From an uncultured Actinomycetota bacterium (lineage in GTDB: Bacteria; Actinomycetota; Actinomycetes; Streptosporangiales; Streptosporangiaceae), in contig CAVZSM010000034.1 in assembly GCA_963777905.1 (NCBI GenBank), positions 39,691 through 103,690 of the forward strand: 64,000 nt of DNA, given 5' to 3'. The position numbers and the translations under genes are program-made. The notes beneath the pieces were generated by a model. That model was given only the letters and a program-made list of their open reading frames with translations, did no database searches and was not told the DNA's origin. Below, piece after piece: positions 25,028-33,692 of the stretch. Each line of letters opens with the position of its first letter. Positions within the stretch are counted from its first letter, which is position 1.

Positions 25028-27181
25028 ATGAGTATCCAGAACGTACGCGGCTTTCTCCCCGGCGAATCCGCGCTGCCCGATGAGGTGGTGACTCGCGCCC
25101 TGGTCCGCGACGTTGACCTGGGCGCTGTCGTACCAGGCGCTGTCGTACCAGGCAAGGGGGCTGGCGTGATGGCGCTGATCACGCTGGACAACGGGCACGA
25201 CCACACCAAGCCGAACACGTTCGGCGTGCGCGGCCTGCTGTCGCTGAACGCGGCGCTGGACGCGATCGAGGCGCGGGTGGCTGCTGGCGAGGTGGCCGCG
25301 GTCGGCGTGACCGGCAAGCCGTTCATCCTCGGGGCCGGCGCGGACCTGGACGGCGCCGCGGCGGCTCTGGCGGCGGCAGGCGCGGATCCGGCGGCGGCGC
25401 GCGAGCGAGCGCTAGGGATCGCGTCGCTCGGCCACGCGGTGTTCCGGCGGCTGGGGGAGCTGGGCGTCCCGTCGTTCGGGTTCATCAACGGCGTGGCACT
25501 CGGCGGCGGCCTTGAGGTGGCGCTGCACTGCACGTACCGGACGATCTCCTCCGGCGCGCAGATGGTCGCGCTGCCCGAGTGCTTCCTCGGCCTGGTGCCC
25601 GGCTGGGGCGGCGCCTACCTGCTGCCCCGGCTGATCGGGCCGTCCGCCGCGCTGAAGGTGATCATCGAGAACCCGCTGGCGCAGAACAAGATGCTGCGCG
25701 GCCCCGAGGCCTTCGGCCTGGGCATCGCGGACGTGATGTTCGAGCCCGCCGACTTCCTCGAGGAGTCGCTGCGCTGGGCCGCGCGCGTGCTGACGGGGGC
25801 GGTTTCCGTGCCTTCGCGTGAGCTGGCACCCGCCGGGGAGTGGGACGCCGCGGTGGCCGCCGCGCGCTTCCTCGTGGACGGCAAGCTGCACGGCGCGGCG
25901 CCCGCGCCGTACCGGGCGCTCGACCTGGTGGCCGCGGCGCGGACCGCGACACGCGACGAGGCGTTCGCGGCCGAGGACGACGCGCTCGCGGACCTGATGC
26001 TGTCCGACGAGCTGCGTGCCGGGCTGTACGCGTTCGACCTGGTACAGAAGCGGGCCAAGCGCCCGGCCGGCGCGCCAGACAAGTCGCTGGCCCGGCCGGT
26101 CACCAAGGTCGGCGTGGTGGGCGCGGGCCTGATGGCGGCGCAGATCGCCCTGCTGTTCGTCCGGCGGCTGCAGGTCCCGGTCGTGATGACCGACCTGGAC
26201 CAGGCGCGGGTGGACTCCGGGGTTTCCTACGTACACGCGGAGATAGACAAGCTGTTGTCGCGTGGCCGGCTGTCCGCTGACGCGGCCAGCCGGCAGAAGG
26301 CCCTGATCACCGGCTCGGTGTCCAAGGACGGCTTCGCCGACGCCGACTTCGTGATCGAGGCGGTCTTCGAGGAGCTGTCGGTCAAGCAGCGGGTGTTCGC
26401 CGAGGTCGAGTCGATCGTCTCGCCGGAGTGCGTGCTGGCGACCAACACGTCGTCGCTGTCGGTCTCGGCGATGGCTTCCGGGCTGGCGCACCCGTCGCGG
26501 GTGGTGGGGTTCCACTTCTTTAACCCGGTCGCGGTGCTGCCGCTCGTCGAGGTGGTGCGGGGCGTCGCGACCGGCGACGCCGCGGTGGCGACGGCGCTGG
26601 CCGTGGGCCGGCAGCTCAAGAAGAACTGCGTGATCGTCGCGGACCGGCCCGCGTTCGTGGTGAACCGGCTGCTCACCAGGTTCCTCGGCGAGATCACCCG
26701 GACGGTCGACGAGGGCACCCCGTTCGAGGTCGCCGAACACGCCGCCGACCCTCTCGGCCTGCCCATGACCCCGTTCCTGCTGCTGCAGCTGGTCGGGCCC
26801 GCGATCGCGCTGCACGTGGCGGAGACGATGCACGCGGCGTTCCCCGACCGGTTCTTCGTCTCGCCCAAGCTGCGGGCGCTCGCCGAGTCGGGCAAGACGT
26901 CGGTCTACCTGCCTGATTTCTCAGTCGACCCCGAGGTCGAGGCGCTGCTCGGCGGCGGCGACCGCCCGTCCACCGGCGCCGAGGTGCTCTCGCGCGCCCT
27001 GGAGGGGCTGGCGCAGGAGGTCAGGATCATGCTCGACGAGGGCGTCGTCGCCGCCCCCGAGGACATCGACCTGTGCATGATCCTCGGCGCGGGCTGGCCG
27101 TTCCACCTTGGCGGCATCACGCCGTACCTGGACAGGACGGGGATCGCGGCCAAGGTCAACGGCGCGCCGTTCCGCGGCTAG
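25028..27181 (+). CDS. fadB: multifunctional enoyl-CoA hydratase / 3-hydroxyacyl-CoA dehydrogenase
   Basis: 717 aa. Crotonase fold (INGVALGGGLEVAL) plus the NAD Rossmann motif VGVVGAGLMAAQIA. Starts 2 nt after fadA. Confidence 0.9.
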   Translation: MSIQNVRGFLPGESALPDEVVTRALVRDVDLGAVVPGAVVPGKGAGVMALITLDNGHDHTKPNTFGVRGLLSLNAALDAIEARVAAGEVAAVGVTGKPFILGAGADLDGAAAALAAAGADPAAARERALGIASLGHAVFRRLGELGVPSFGFINGVALGGGLEVALHCTYRTISSGAQMVALPECFLGLVPGWGGAYLLPRLIGPSAALKVIIENPLAQNKMLRGPEAFGLGIADVMFEPADFLEESLRWAARVLTGAVSVPSRELAPAGEWDAAVAAARFLVDGKLHGAAPAPYRALDLVAAARTATRDEAFAAEDDALADLMLSDELRAGLYAFDLVQKRAKRPAGAPDKSLARPVTKVGVVGAGLMAAQIALLFVRRLQVPVVMTDLDQARVDSGVSYVHAEIDKLLSRGRLSADAASRQKALITGSVSKDGFADADFVIEAVFEELSVKQRVFAEVESIVSPECVLATNTSSLSVSAMASGLAHPSRVVGFHFFNPVAVLPLVEVVRGVATGDAAVATALAVGRQLKKNCVIVADRPAFVVNRLLTRFLGEITRTVDEGTPFEVAEHAADPLGLPMTPFLLLQLVGPAIALHVAETMHAAFPDRFFVSPKLRALAESGKTSVYLPDFSVDPEVEALLGGGDRPSTGAEVLSRALEGLAQEVRIMLDEGVVAAPEDIDLCMILGAGWPFHLGGITPYLDRTGIAAKVNGAPFRG
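25121..25153. repeat. 15-bp tandem duplication GGCGCTGTCGTACCA x2.2 in the fadB N-terminus
   Basis: Read directly; encodes GAVVP GAVVP. Confidence 0.9.
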
Positions 27182-27190
27182 CCTTGGTCG

Positions 27191-27301
27191 GCAGGGGTCC
27201 TTCAGGCGAGCGACCTGAACCCGGGGGTGATCGTGGCAGCAGGGCGGTGGAACGCGATGTCCGACAGGCAGATCACGCTCCGCTCCGGCGCGAAGCCGTA
27301 G
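27191..27301 (+). pseudogene. remnant of a third Methyltransf_19-family gene (C-terminal fragment only)
   Basis: QASDLNPGVIVAAGRWNAMSDRQITLRSGAKP* aligns with HQASDLDPAMSVAAGRWNAMSVRRVTLRSRAQ of the paralogue at 28235..29059 (about 80% nt identity by eye). No N-terminal part is present. Confidence 0.5.
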
Positions 27302-27308
27302 GCCCGCG

Positions 27309-28127
27309 GTGACGGACGAATGGCTCAGGAAGGCGACCCGCCCGGTCAGGATCGCCCGTGTCGATGCCGCGGCGCCCAACGTGGCGCGGGTGTGGAATTA
27401 CCTGGTCGGCGGCCTGGACAACTTCGAGGCTGACCGCGCGGCGGTCAGGGAGGCGATGGCCTTGGCGCCGGTGGTGGCGGACGTCGCGCCGGCGTCGCGG
27501 GCGTTCCTTCGCCGCGTGGTCAGGTTCCTGGCGGCCGAGGCCGGGATCAGGCAGTTCCTCGACATCGGCAGCGGGATCCCGACGGCGGGCGGCACCCACG
27601 AGCTGGCGCAGGCGGTGGACCCGGCCTCCCGGATCGTCTACGTGGACAACGACCCCGTGGTGAGCGCGCACGCCCGCGCGCTGGTGCTGTCTCGTCCGGA
27701 AGGCGTCGTCAGCTACCTCCAAGCGGACGCCCGCGAGCCCGCCGCGATCATCGACGCCGCCCGGCTCACCCTCGACCTCGGCCAGCCGGCCGCGATCGTG
27801 ATGATCGGCATCCTGAACTTCATCCAGGGCCCCGGCTTGGTCGCGGCGGTGCTGCGCACGCTGGTCGCGGCGCTGTCCCCGGGCAGCTACCTCGCCATCG
27901 CGCAGCCCGCCCCGGCCGAACGGTGGCTCGCCGCCCAGCGGCGGTGGAACCAGCACGCCCCGCTGCGGGTCTGGCTGTGCGGCCGCGAGGAGGTGGCCTC
28001 CTGGCTCACCGGCCTGTCCCTGGTGGCGCCGGGCATCGTCGAGATCCACCAGTGGCGTCCTGATCAGAGCGACCCGTCGTACCCCCATGGGATCCCGATC
28101 CACGGGGCGGTCGGCAGAAAATCGTAA
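27309..28127 (+). CDS. SAM-dependent methyltransferase, Methyltransf_19 (DUF574) family, paralogue 1
   Basis: ARVWNYLVGGLDNFEADR...IRQFLDIGSGIPT...VYVDNDPVV is the family signature. GTG start. Confidence 0.8.
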   Translation: MTDEWLRKATRPVRIARVDAAAPNVARVWNYLVGGLDNFEADRAAVREAMALAPVVADVAPASRAFLRRVVRFLAAEAGIRQFLDIGSGIPTAGGTHELAQAVDPASRIVYVDNDPVVSAHARALVLSRPEGVVSYLQADAREPAAIIDAARLTLDLGQPAAIVMIGILNFIQGPGLVAAVLRTLVAALSPGSYLAIAQPAPAERWLAAQRRWNQHAPLRVWLCGREEVASWLTGLSLVAPGIVEIHQWRPDQSDPSYPHGIPIHGAVGRKS

Positions 28128-28182
28128 AAGAAATCTGTCCCCGCAATCTCGTGCGACGTGTGATCCGTAAGTAGTAAACCGG

Positions 28183-28218
28183 GACCGGAGCCTTTTCAAC
28201 GACCGGAGCCTTTTCAAC
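28183..28218. repeat. 18-bp tandem duplication GACCGGAGCCTTTTCAAC x2 (non-coding)
   Basis: Perfect copies directly upstream of the RBS of paralogue 2. Confidence 0.9.
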
Positions 28219-28234
28219 GGGAGGGGGCGTCCGG

Positions 28235-29059
28235 ATGGCGGACCGCTGGCTGCTCGACTCGACACGCCGCGCCAAGGCGGCGCTCATCGATACCACCATG
28301 CCGAACTGGGCTCGTGTCGGGGACGCCCTCTTCGGCGGCCGGGACAACTTCGAGGCCGACCGCAAGGCCGTGCGGATGCTGGCCGCGGCGGCACCGGTCG
28401 TCGGCGCCATCCCCGCCGCGGCTCGCGCCTTCCGCCAGCGCGTGGTCCGTTACCTGGTGGCAGAGGCTGGGATCAGGCAGTTCCTCGACGTCGGCACCAG
28501 CCTCGCCATGTCGGGCAACACCCATGAGGTCGCGCAGTCGCTGGCGCCGGACTGCCGCGTCGTGTACATCGACGACGACCCGATGGTGCTCGCGCACGCT
28601 CGCGCGCAGCTGGCCTCCGCGCCCGACGGCGCGGTGGCCGCGCTGGACGCGAACCCGAGAGACCCTGCCGCCATTCTCGCCGCCGCGGCAGGGACCCTGG
28701 ACCTTGGCAGGCCGGTCGCGATCCTGCTGATGGCCACGCTGTCGTTCGTGCTCGACGACGCAACGGCGTCCAGGATCGTGCGGTCACTGGCCGGGGCCGC
28801 GACGGCCGGCAGCCATGTCGCGCTCTACCATCAGGCGAGCGACCTGGATCCGGCGATGTCCGTGGCGGCCGGGCGGTGGAACGCGATGTCCGTCCGCCGC
28901 GTCACCCTCCGCTCCCGCGCGCAGCTCACGGGACTGCTGTCCGGCCTCAACCCGGTCCCGCCCGGCCTCGTGCCCGTCACCGAATGGCGCCCCGCCCCGC
29001 ATGACCCCCGCTTCGAGCGCCTCGTCCCGGTGTACGGCGCGGTAGCCCGCAAACCGTAG
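28235..29059 (+). CDS. SAM-dependent methyltransferase, Methyltransf_19 (DUF574) family, paralogue 2
   Basis: ARVGDALFGGRDNFEADR...IRQFLDVGTSLAM...VYIDDDPMV. Collinear with paralogue 1. Confidence 0.8.
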   Translation: MADRWLLDSTRRAKAALIDTTMPNWARVGDALFGGRDNFEADRKAVRMLAAAAPVVGAIPAAARAFRQRVVRYLVAEAGIRQFLDVGTSLAMSGNTHEVAQSLAPDCRVVYIDDDPMVLAHARAQLASAPDGAVAALDANPRDPAAILAAAAGTLDLGRPVAILLMATLSFVLDDATASRIVRSLAGAATAGSHVALYHQASDLDPAMSVAAGRWNAMSVRRVTLRSRAQLTGLLSGLNPVPPGLVPVTEWRPAPHDPRFERLVPVYGAVARKP

Positions 29060-29065
29060 CTGCGG

Positions 29066-29887
29066 TCACGCGAACGGCTTGACCGCGCGGACGATGGCCG
29101 AGTGCATCCCCGGTGCCGCCTCGTGCGTGAACGTCACCGACGCGCCGGTGAACCCGGCCGCCGCCAGCCCGGCCAGGTACTCCGACCGCGACAGCGCCCC
29201 GGCGATGCACCCGACATAGGACCCGGCCGCTGCTCGGTCCGCCGCGCTCAGGTGGTCGTCGGCGACCACGTCGGAGACGCCGATCCGGCCGCCTGGCACC
29301 AGCACCCGGAACATCTCCGCCAGCACCGCCGGCTTGTCGGTCGACAGGTTGATCACGCAGTTGGAGATCACCACGTCCACCGACGCGTCCGGCAGCGGCA
29401 CCGCCTCGATCTGACCTTTCAGGAACGTCACGTTCGCCGCGTCCGCCTGCCGCGCGTTCGCCCGCGCCAGCGCCAGCATCTCATCGGTCATGTCGACCCC
29501 GTAAGCGTGCCCGGACGGCCCGACCCGCCGCGCCGACAGCAGCACGTCGATGCCGCCGCCCGAGCCCAGGTCCAGCACCCGCTCGCCCTCGTGCAGCTCC
29601 GCGACCGCCAGCGGGTTGCCGCAGCCCATGCTCGCGCTCACCGCGTCCTCGGGCAGCCCGGCGGTTTCCCCCTCCCGGTACAGCGACGCGCCCGCCCCGT
29701 CGGTCAGCGCGCTCAGCGTGCCGGCCGGAGCGCAGCATCCGCCGGCATCGCCGCAGCACCCGTCCCCGCCGTCCGCCTGGCCCAGCACCGCCAGCGCCGC
29801 CCCGGCATACCGGGACCGGACCTGCTCGCGCAGGCCCGCGCCCGTCTCCGTGTCCTCGCTCACCGCAGCCTCCCGTTTCCTATTCAC
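29066..29887 (-). CDS. arsM: arsenite S-adenosylmethionine methyltransferase
   Basis: Cys-rich CCGDAGGCC, SMGCGNP, VLDLGSGGGID, ISNCVINL. The GTG at 29887 overlaps the arsR stop (GTGA); an alternative GTG lies at 29863. Confidence 0.85.
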   Translation of the reverse strand: MNRKREAAVSEDTETGAGLREQVRSRYAGAALAVLGQADGGDGCCGDAGGCCAPAGTLSALTDGAGASLYREGETAGLPEDAVSASMGCGNPLAVAELHEGERVLDLGSGGGIDVLLSARRVGPSGHAYGVDMTDEMLALARANARQADAANVTFLKGQIEAVPLPDASVDVVISNCVINLSTDKPAVLAEMFRVLVPGGRIGVSDVVADDHLSAADRAAAGSYVGCIAGALSRSEYLAGLAAAGFTGASVTFTHEAAPGMHSAIVRAVKPFA

Positions 29888-30243
29888 GTCACTGCCCCGG
29901 CCGCCGTGGCCGAGGCCGGCACCAGCACCGCCGACATTCGCGCCATCACCTGCGGGTTGACGCGGTAGTACACCCACGTGCCGCGCCGCTCGGAGCTGAT
30001 CAGCCCCGCTTCCCGCAAGATCCGCAGGTGATAGCTGACCGCCGGCCCGGTCACGTCGAACGCGTCGGTCAGGTCGCAGACGCAGGATTCCCCGCCCTCA
30101 TGGCAGGCGATCAGCGACAGCAGCCGCAACCGCACCGGATCGGCCACCGCCTTGAACAGCGGCGCCAGATCTTCCGCCCCGGCATCCGACAATGGCTCGC
30201 ACGCCAGCGGCGCGCAGCAGTCGGTCACGCTCTGATTAGACAT
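29884..30243 (-). CDS. arsR: ArsR/SmtB family metalloregulator
   Basis: ATG at 30243 (MSNQSVTDCCAPL...). LFKAVADPVRLRLLSLI, metal-site CVCDL, wHTH VSYHLRILREAGLI. Confidence 0.85.
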   Translation of the reverse strand: MSNQSVTDCCAPLACEPLSDAGAEDLAPLFKAVADPVRLRLLSLIACHEGGESCVCDLTDAFDVTGPAVSYHLRILREAGLISSERRGTWVYYRVNPQVMARMSAVLVPASATAAGAVT

Positions 30244-30267
30244 GTCTTTAATTAAACATGTCCTTAA
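30240..30267. promoter_or_regulatory. putative ArsR operator: ACATGTC(T/C)TTAA direct repeat, 16-bp period
   Basis: ACATGTCTTTAA TTAA ACATGTCCTTAA. Strikingly AT-rich. The first copy overlaps the arsR ATG. Confidence 0.4.
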
Positions 30268-30291
30268 GCAGTTGTGCAACCAGGACGTGTG

Positions 30292-30349
30292 GCCGCTTCA
30301 CTCCGCGCGCAGGGCCAGGGCGGCCGGGGAGCGCGGCCGCGAGGTTGAC
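30292..30349. repeat. orphan duplicate of the permease 3' end (left repeat of the hicAB-like insertion)
   Basis: Matches 31054-31134 apart from 2 substitutions and a 23-bp deletion between GCCGGGG micro-repeats. Confidence 0.85.
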
Positions 30350-30425
30350 TGCCAATTCGGGCGGCCTCCGGCCGCGTCGGTTAGCTAACCGCCCGAATGT
30401 CGGTGCTACGCTGTAGCGTGAAAAT

Positions 30426-30662
30426 GTGCTAGTCATGTATCAGGAAATCCGGGATCGGATCTTCCGCCTCTGCCGTGAGCATGGTCTACGGCCGGACTTT
30501 CCCGAAACGACCAGAACGGGACGGGTGCTCCTGGTCTGGAACAGCGGCCAGGAGGTGGTGGCGCGCGCGTTCATCCCCACGATGAGCGATCCGCCGCCTA
30601 CTGTCCTTGCCCGCCTGCAGCACGACCTAACGGGGATATTCGGAGAAGGGTGGATGGAGTGA
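30426..30662 (+). CDS. small protein in the hicA position (HicA-like fold suspected, catalytic His not found)
   Basis: 78 aa (GTG at 30426 or ATG at 30435), coupled to the next ORF by GTGA. Ends ...DLTGIFGEGWME, like actinobacterial HicA tails. Lacks an obvious G-x-H motif. Confidence 0.4.
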   Translation: MLVMYQEIRDRIFRLCREHGLRPDFPETTRTGRVLLVWNSGQEVVARAFIPTMSDPPPTVLARLQHDLTGIFGEGWME

Positions 30663-31054
30663 GCACAAGGGTGACCCTGAGGGTGACTAGGGAAGGCCGC
30701 TACTGGGTCGGCGTCCCTGATGGCCATCCGGGCTCTTGTATGGGCCGCAGCATCATGGAGCTGATGCAGGAGGCGGAGGCGATCCTGCCATTCATGACAT
30801 CCGGAGCGGATGGTGAGCCCGCGCCAGACGTGGCGATCGATTACATGTTCACTGATGTTCCGCTGGAGCTCAGTGACGACATCCACCGCTATCGTGACCT
30901 TGCCGTTCAGCGCAGGGAGCTCGATCGGACGCTGGGCGAGCTTGGGGCGCGCACGGTCAAGCGGCTGAGGTCAGTGGTAGGCCTCACCGATGATGACAGC
31001 GCCGCCATGCTCGGGATCTCAAGGCAGCGTGTCAATCAGCTTAGGAACGCCTAG
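30659..31054 (+). CDS. HicB-family antitoxin with C-terminal HTH
   Basis: RVTLRVTREGRYWVGVPDGHPGSCMGRSIMELMQEAEAIL fits the HicB/UPF0150 N-domain. C-terminal HTH: DDSAAMLGISRQRVNQLRNA. Confidence 0.6.
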   Translation: MSTRVTLRVTREGRYWVGVPDGHPGSCMGRSIMELMQEAEAILPFMTSGADGEPAPDVAIDYMFTDVPLELSDDIHRYRDLAVQRRELDRTLGELGARTVKRLRSVVGLTDDDSAAMLGISRQRVNQLRNA

Positions 31055-31134
31055 CCGCCTCACTCCGCGCGCAGGGCCAGGGCAGCCGGGGTGCGGGCCG
31101 CTGACCGGCCGGGGAGCGCGGCCGCCAGGTTGAC
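31054..31134. repeat. right repeat = authentic 3' end of the permease gene
   Basis: See 30292-30349. Begins at the last base of the hicB-like stop codon. Confidence 0.85.
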
Positions 31135-33606
31135 CAGCGCCAGGGCGCACAGCGGCAGCAGCACGATGGAGAGGACGGGCACCACGGGCTGCGGCACCGC
31201 GTAGATCTGCCGGGCGAACGCGGTCCACAGCCACCGGCCCAGCGCGATGCCGAGCGGGATCCCCACGGCGCTGCCCACGATCGCGGCGACCGTCGCCTGC
31301 CACGCGACCGTCGCTGCGAGCTGGCGCCGGGTGAACCCGATGGTCTTCAGCACCGCCAGGTCCTGCCTGCGCCGCCGGACCGACGCGAAGAGGGTCAGGA
31401 ACAGCGCCGCCACCGCGCCGCCCGCCAGCCCCGCGGCCAGCAGGCTCGGCGCGGCGCTGAGCGCCGCGTAGTTGGCGATCTGGGCCGGATGCTGGACGGG
31501 CAGCACGCCAAGCACGTCACCGTGGCACGGGCTGGCCGGCGAGACGGCGGCGAGCTCCCGGTTGACGCCGGCGGTGACGCGCCGCATCGCCGCCAGCCCC
31601 GCCGCCGCGCTCACGCCCGGCCGCAACCGGACGAACGTCATCCCTGGCGGCCCGGCGCAGCTCGCCGCCGCCGCCCCCAGGAGCTGGGCGGACGCCAGCG
31701 CGCCGGTGCCCATCGAGGTGTGCAGCACGTCCGACAGGCCCACTGTGGGCATCGTCGCCGTGCCCACGATGGTCAGCGGATCCTGGAGCCGCAGGCCAGG
31801 CCCGGTGAGGGTGAACGACACCGTGCCGCCCACATGCTGGTGCAGCGCCGCCAGCGTGGCGGGGCCGAGTACGACCTGGTTCCTGCCGGAAACCGGGTCC
31901 CCGGTCAGGATCGGCGGCGCGACGGTCGCGTTCGGGTCGCCGAACAGCACGGGAACGGCCTGCCCGTCCAGGTCGGCGGTGGCATAGGAGACCGTGGCCC
32001 ACGCCGCGACGCCGGGAGCGGCGTGCAGTTCGCCGTTGACCTGCTGCCCGGGCACCGCCTCAGGCCCCTGGTTCGAGGCCAGGGCGTAGGACCAGTTCCA
32101 GCCGTAGAGCGCCGGACGGGAAACCAGCGCCGACAGGCTAGCACCGAACGTCAGCGTGGTCATCACAATGACCACCGCGAGGACGGCGGCGGACAGCGCC
32201 GAGCGGGCGGGCACGGCCCGGCGGCCCCGGCCGGCGCCCGAGTCGAACGCGAACTGGAACCCCGCGACCGCCGCCGGGGGCAGCCCGGAGGCGACGGCCA
32301 GCCGGCCCGCCGCGGAACCCCGCGCCGGGACCGCCGGGGACGCGGTCCAGCCAGGACCGCGTCCCCGCCGGGCGGCCGCACGTGCCGCCAGCACAACCGC
32401 GACCGCGCCGAAAACGCAGGCCAGCAGCAGGAACCCGCCGCCGAGCACGGTCCAGTCGAACGCCACCCCCGGTGCCGGGTAGACCGGCCGCACCGGGCCG
32501 ATCGGCGCGACGGGAGAGAAGGCCACCGCCACGGCCACCGCGAGCAGCGCGCCCGCCGCCACCACCCCGAGCAGGCCGAGCAGGCAGTCGGCGGCGACCA
32601 TGGCAGGGCCGGCGCCCAGTGCCCGCAGCACCATCCGGTCGGCGCCGCCCGCCCGGACCTGCCGGGCGATGGCCTGCGCCCCGACGAGCAGCGTGACGGC
32701 CAGCGCGATGACGGCGAACGCGGCGAGCGCGATCCAGTCTGGCTCGATGCTGCTCTGCACCTGCGCCTCGTCGGCCGACGCGACCCTGAACCAGGCGGCA
32801 CCGCCGGCGCCGAGCCTGGCGTCCGCCTCGCGCTCGACGGACGGGACGCTGCCGGCGCCGCCGTCCAGCTTAAGTCCGTACCAGGAGATGCCGCTGCTCG
32901 TCCCTTCCGCGAGCAGCGTCTTCGTCAGCGCCGGCGTGAACAGCAGGTCGCCCTGCGGGCGGTCGGCGTCGTCCTGCACGAACTCGTCGTTGAAGTCGAC
33001 AAGCCCGGTGATCCGCGCCTCGATCCTGACCACCGGCCGCACCCGCGCCGTTCCGTAGCCCGGCGACCCCGCCTGCGCGTCGGTGTAGAAGCCGATGGGG
33101 ACCAGTTCCCCGACGCGCAGCCCCAGCAGGCTAGCGGCCCGCGCGTTCATCATGACCTCGTCGCGGCTGGCCGGGCTGGCCATCCGCCCGGCGAGGACGC
33201 CGACCCGGTCCTGATCGAAGTACAGACCGTCGACGCTGGCCACGGACGCCATCGTGAGGCTCGCGGCGATGCTGGCCGGCAGCGGCGCGCCGTCGGGGCC
33301 GAGCACATCGGCGACGGGCTCCACGGCCGATTCCGCGTGCCGCACCAGCGGCAGGCCCGCGACGACGCGGGCGAACGGCGGCAGGCCCGCGGACGCGTTG
33401 GCTTGCGAGTACTGAACGGTCAGGTCGGACGGGTTCGTGCTGGCGAGGAACACAGGGAACGACGACTCGGTGCGCCTGGCGGCCGCGGCTGCCCCCAGCG
33501 CGACGCCGCCGGTCAGTCCGATGATCAGGACCAGCCCCAGGTAGCCGGTCCAGCGGCGGCGCAGCGTGACGGTCAGCCGGTACCAGGCGGCCCGCAGGAC
33601 GTTCAC
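31060..33606 (-). CDS. ABC transporter permease, double FtsX-domain (MacB/YbbP-like)
   Basis: 848 aa. N-terminal TM, large periplasmic loops, and two 4-TM FtsX-type blocks. No ATPase gene is adjacent. Confidence 0.85.
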   Translation of the reverse strand: MNVLRAAWYRLTVTLRRRWTGYLGLVLIIGLTGGVALGAAAAARRTESSFPVFLASTNPSDLTVQYSQANASAGLPPFARVVAGLPLVRHAESAVEPVADVLGPDGAPLPASIAASLTMASVASVDGLYFDQDRVGVLAGRMASPASRDEVMMNARAASLLGLRVGELVPIGFYTDAQAGSPGYGTARVRPVVRIEARITGLVDFNDEFVQDDADRPQGDLLFTPALTKTLLAEGTSSGISWYGLKLDGGAGSVPSVEREADARLGAGGAAWFRVASADEAQVQSSIEPDWIALAAFAVIALAVTLLVGAQAIARQVRAGGADRMVLRALGAGPAMVAADCLLGLLGVVAAGALLAVAVAVAFSPVAPIGPVRPVYPAPGVAFDWTVLGGGFLLLACVFGAVAVVLAARAAARRGRGPGWTASPAVPARGSAAGRLAVASGLPPAAVAGFQFAFDSGAGRGRRAVPARSALSAAVLAVVIVMTTLTFGASLSALVSRPALYGWNWSYALASNQGPEAVPGQQVNGELHAAPGVAAWATVSYATADLDGQAVPVLFGDPNATVAPPILTGDPVSGRNQVVLGPATLAALHQHVGGTVSFTLTGPGLRLQDPLTIVGTATMPTVGLSDVLHTSMGTGALASAQLLGAAAASCAGPPGMTFVRLRPGVSAAAGLAAMRRVTAGVNRELAAVSPASPCHGDVLGVLPVQHPAQIANYAALSAAPSLLAAGLAGGAVAALFLTLFASVRRRRQDLAVLKTIGFTRRQLAATVAWQATVAAIVGSAVGIPLGIALGRWLWTAFARQIYAVPQPVVPVLSIVLLPLCALALVNLAAALPGRSAARTPAALALRAE

Positions 33607-33692
33607 GCTACGTCAGTGTGGCGCGCGGCCGCCCCGGTGCCAATCAGGCCAACTGGTCACGCGACGTGGTGCCACTACCACCCGCGGTCGGG

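Noticed and set aside
30248-30436. 62-aa minus-strand ORF containing ...VNLAAALPGRPGPARG...
   Set aside because: It is just the orphan, frame-disrupted duplicate of the permease C-terminus (VNLAAALPGRSAARTPAALALRAE). It is not an independent gene.
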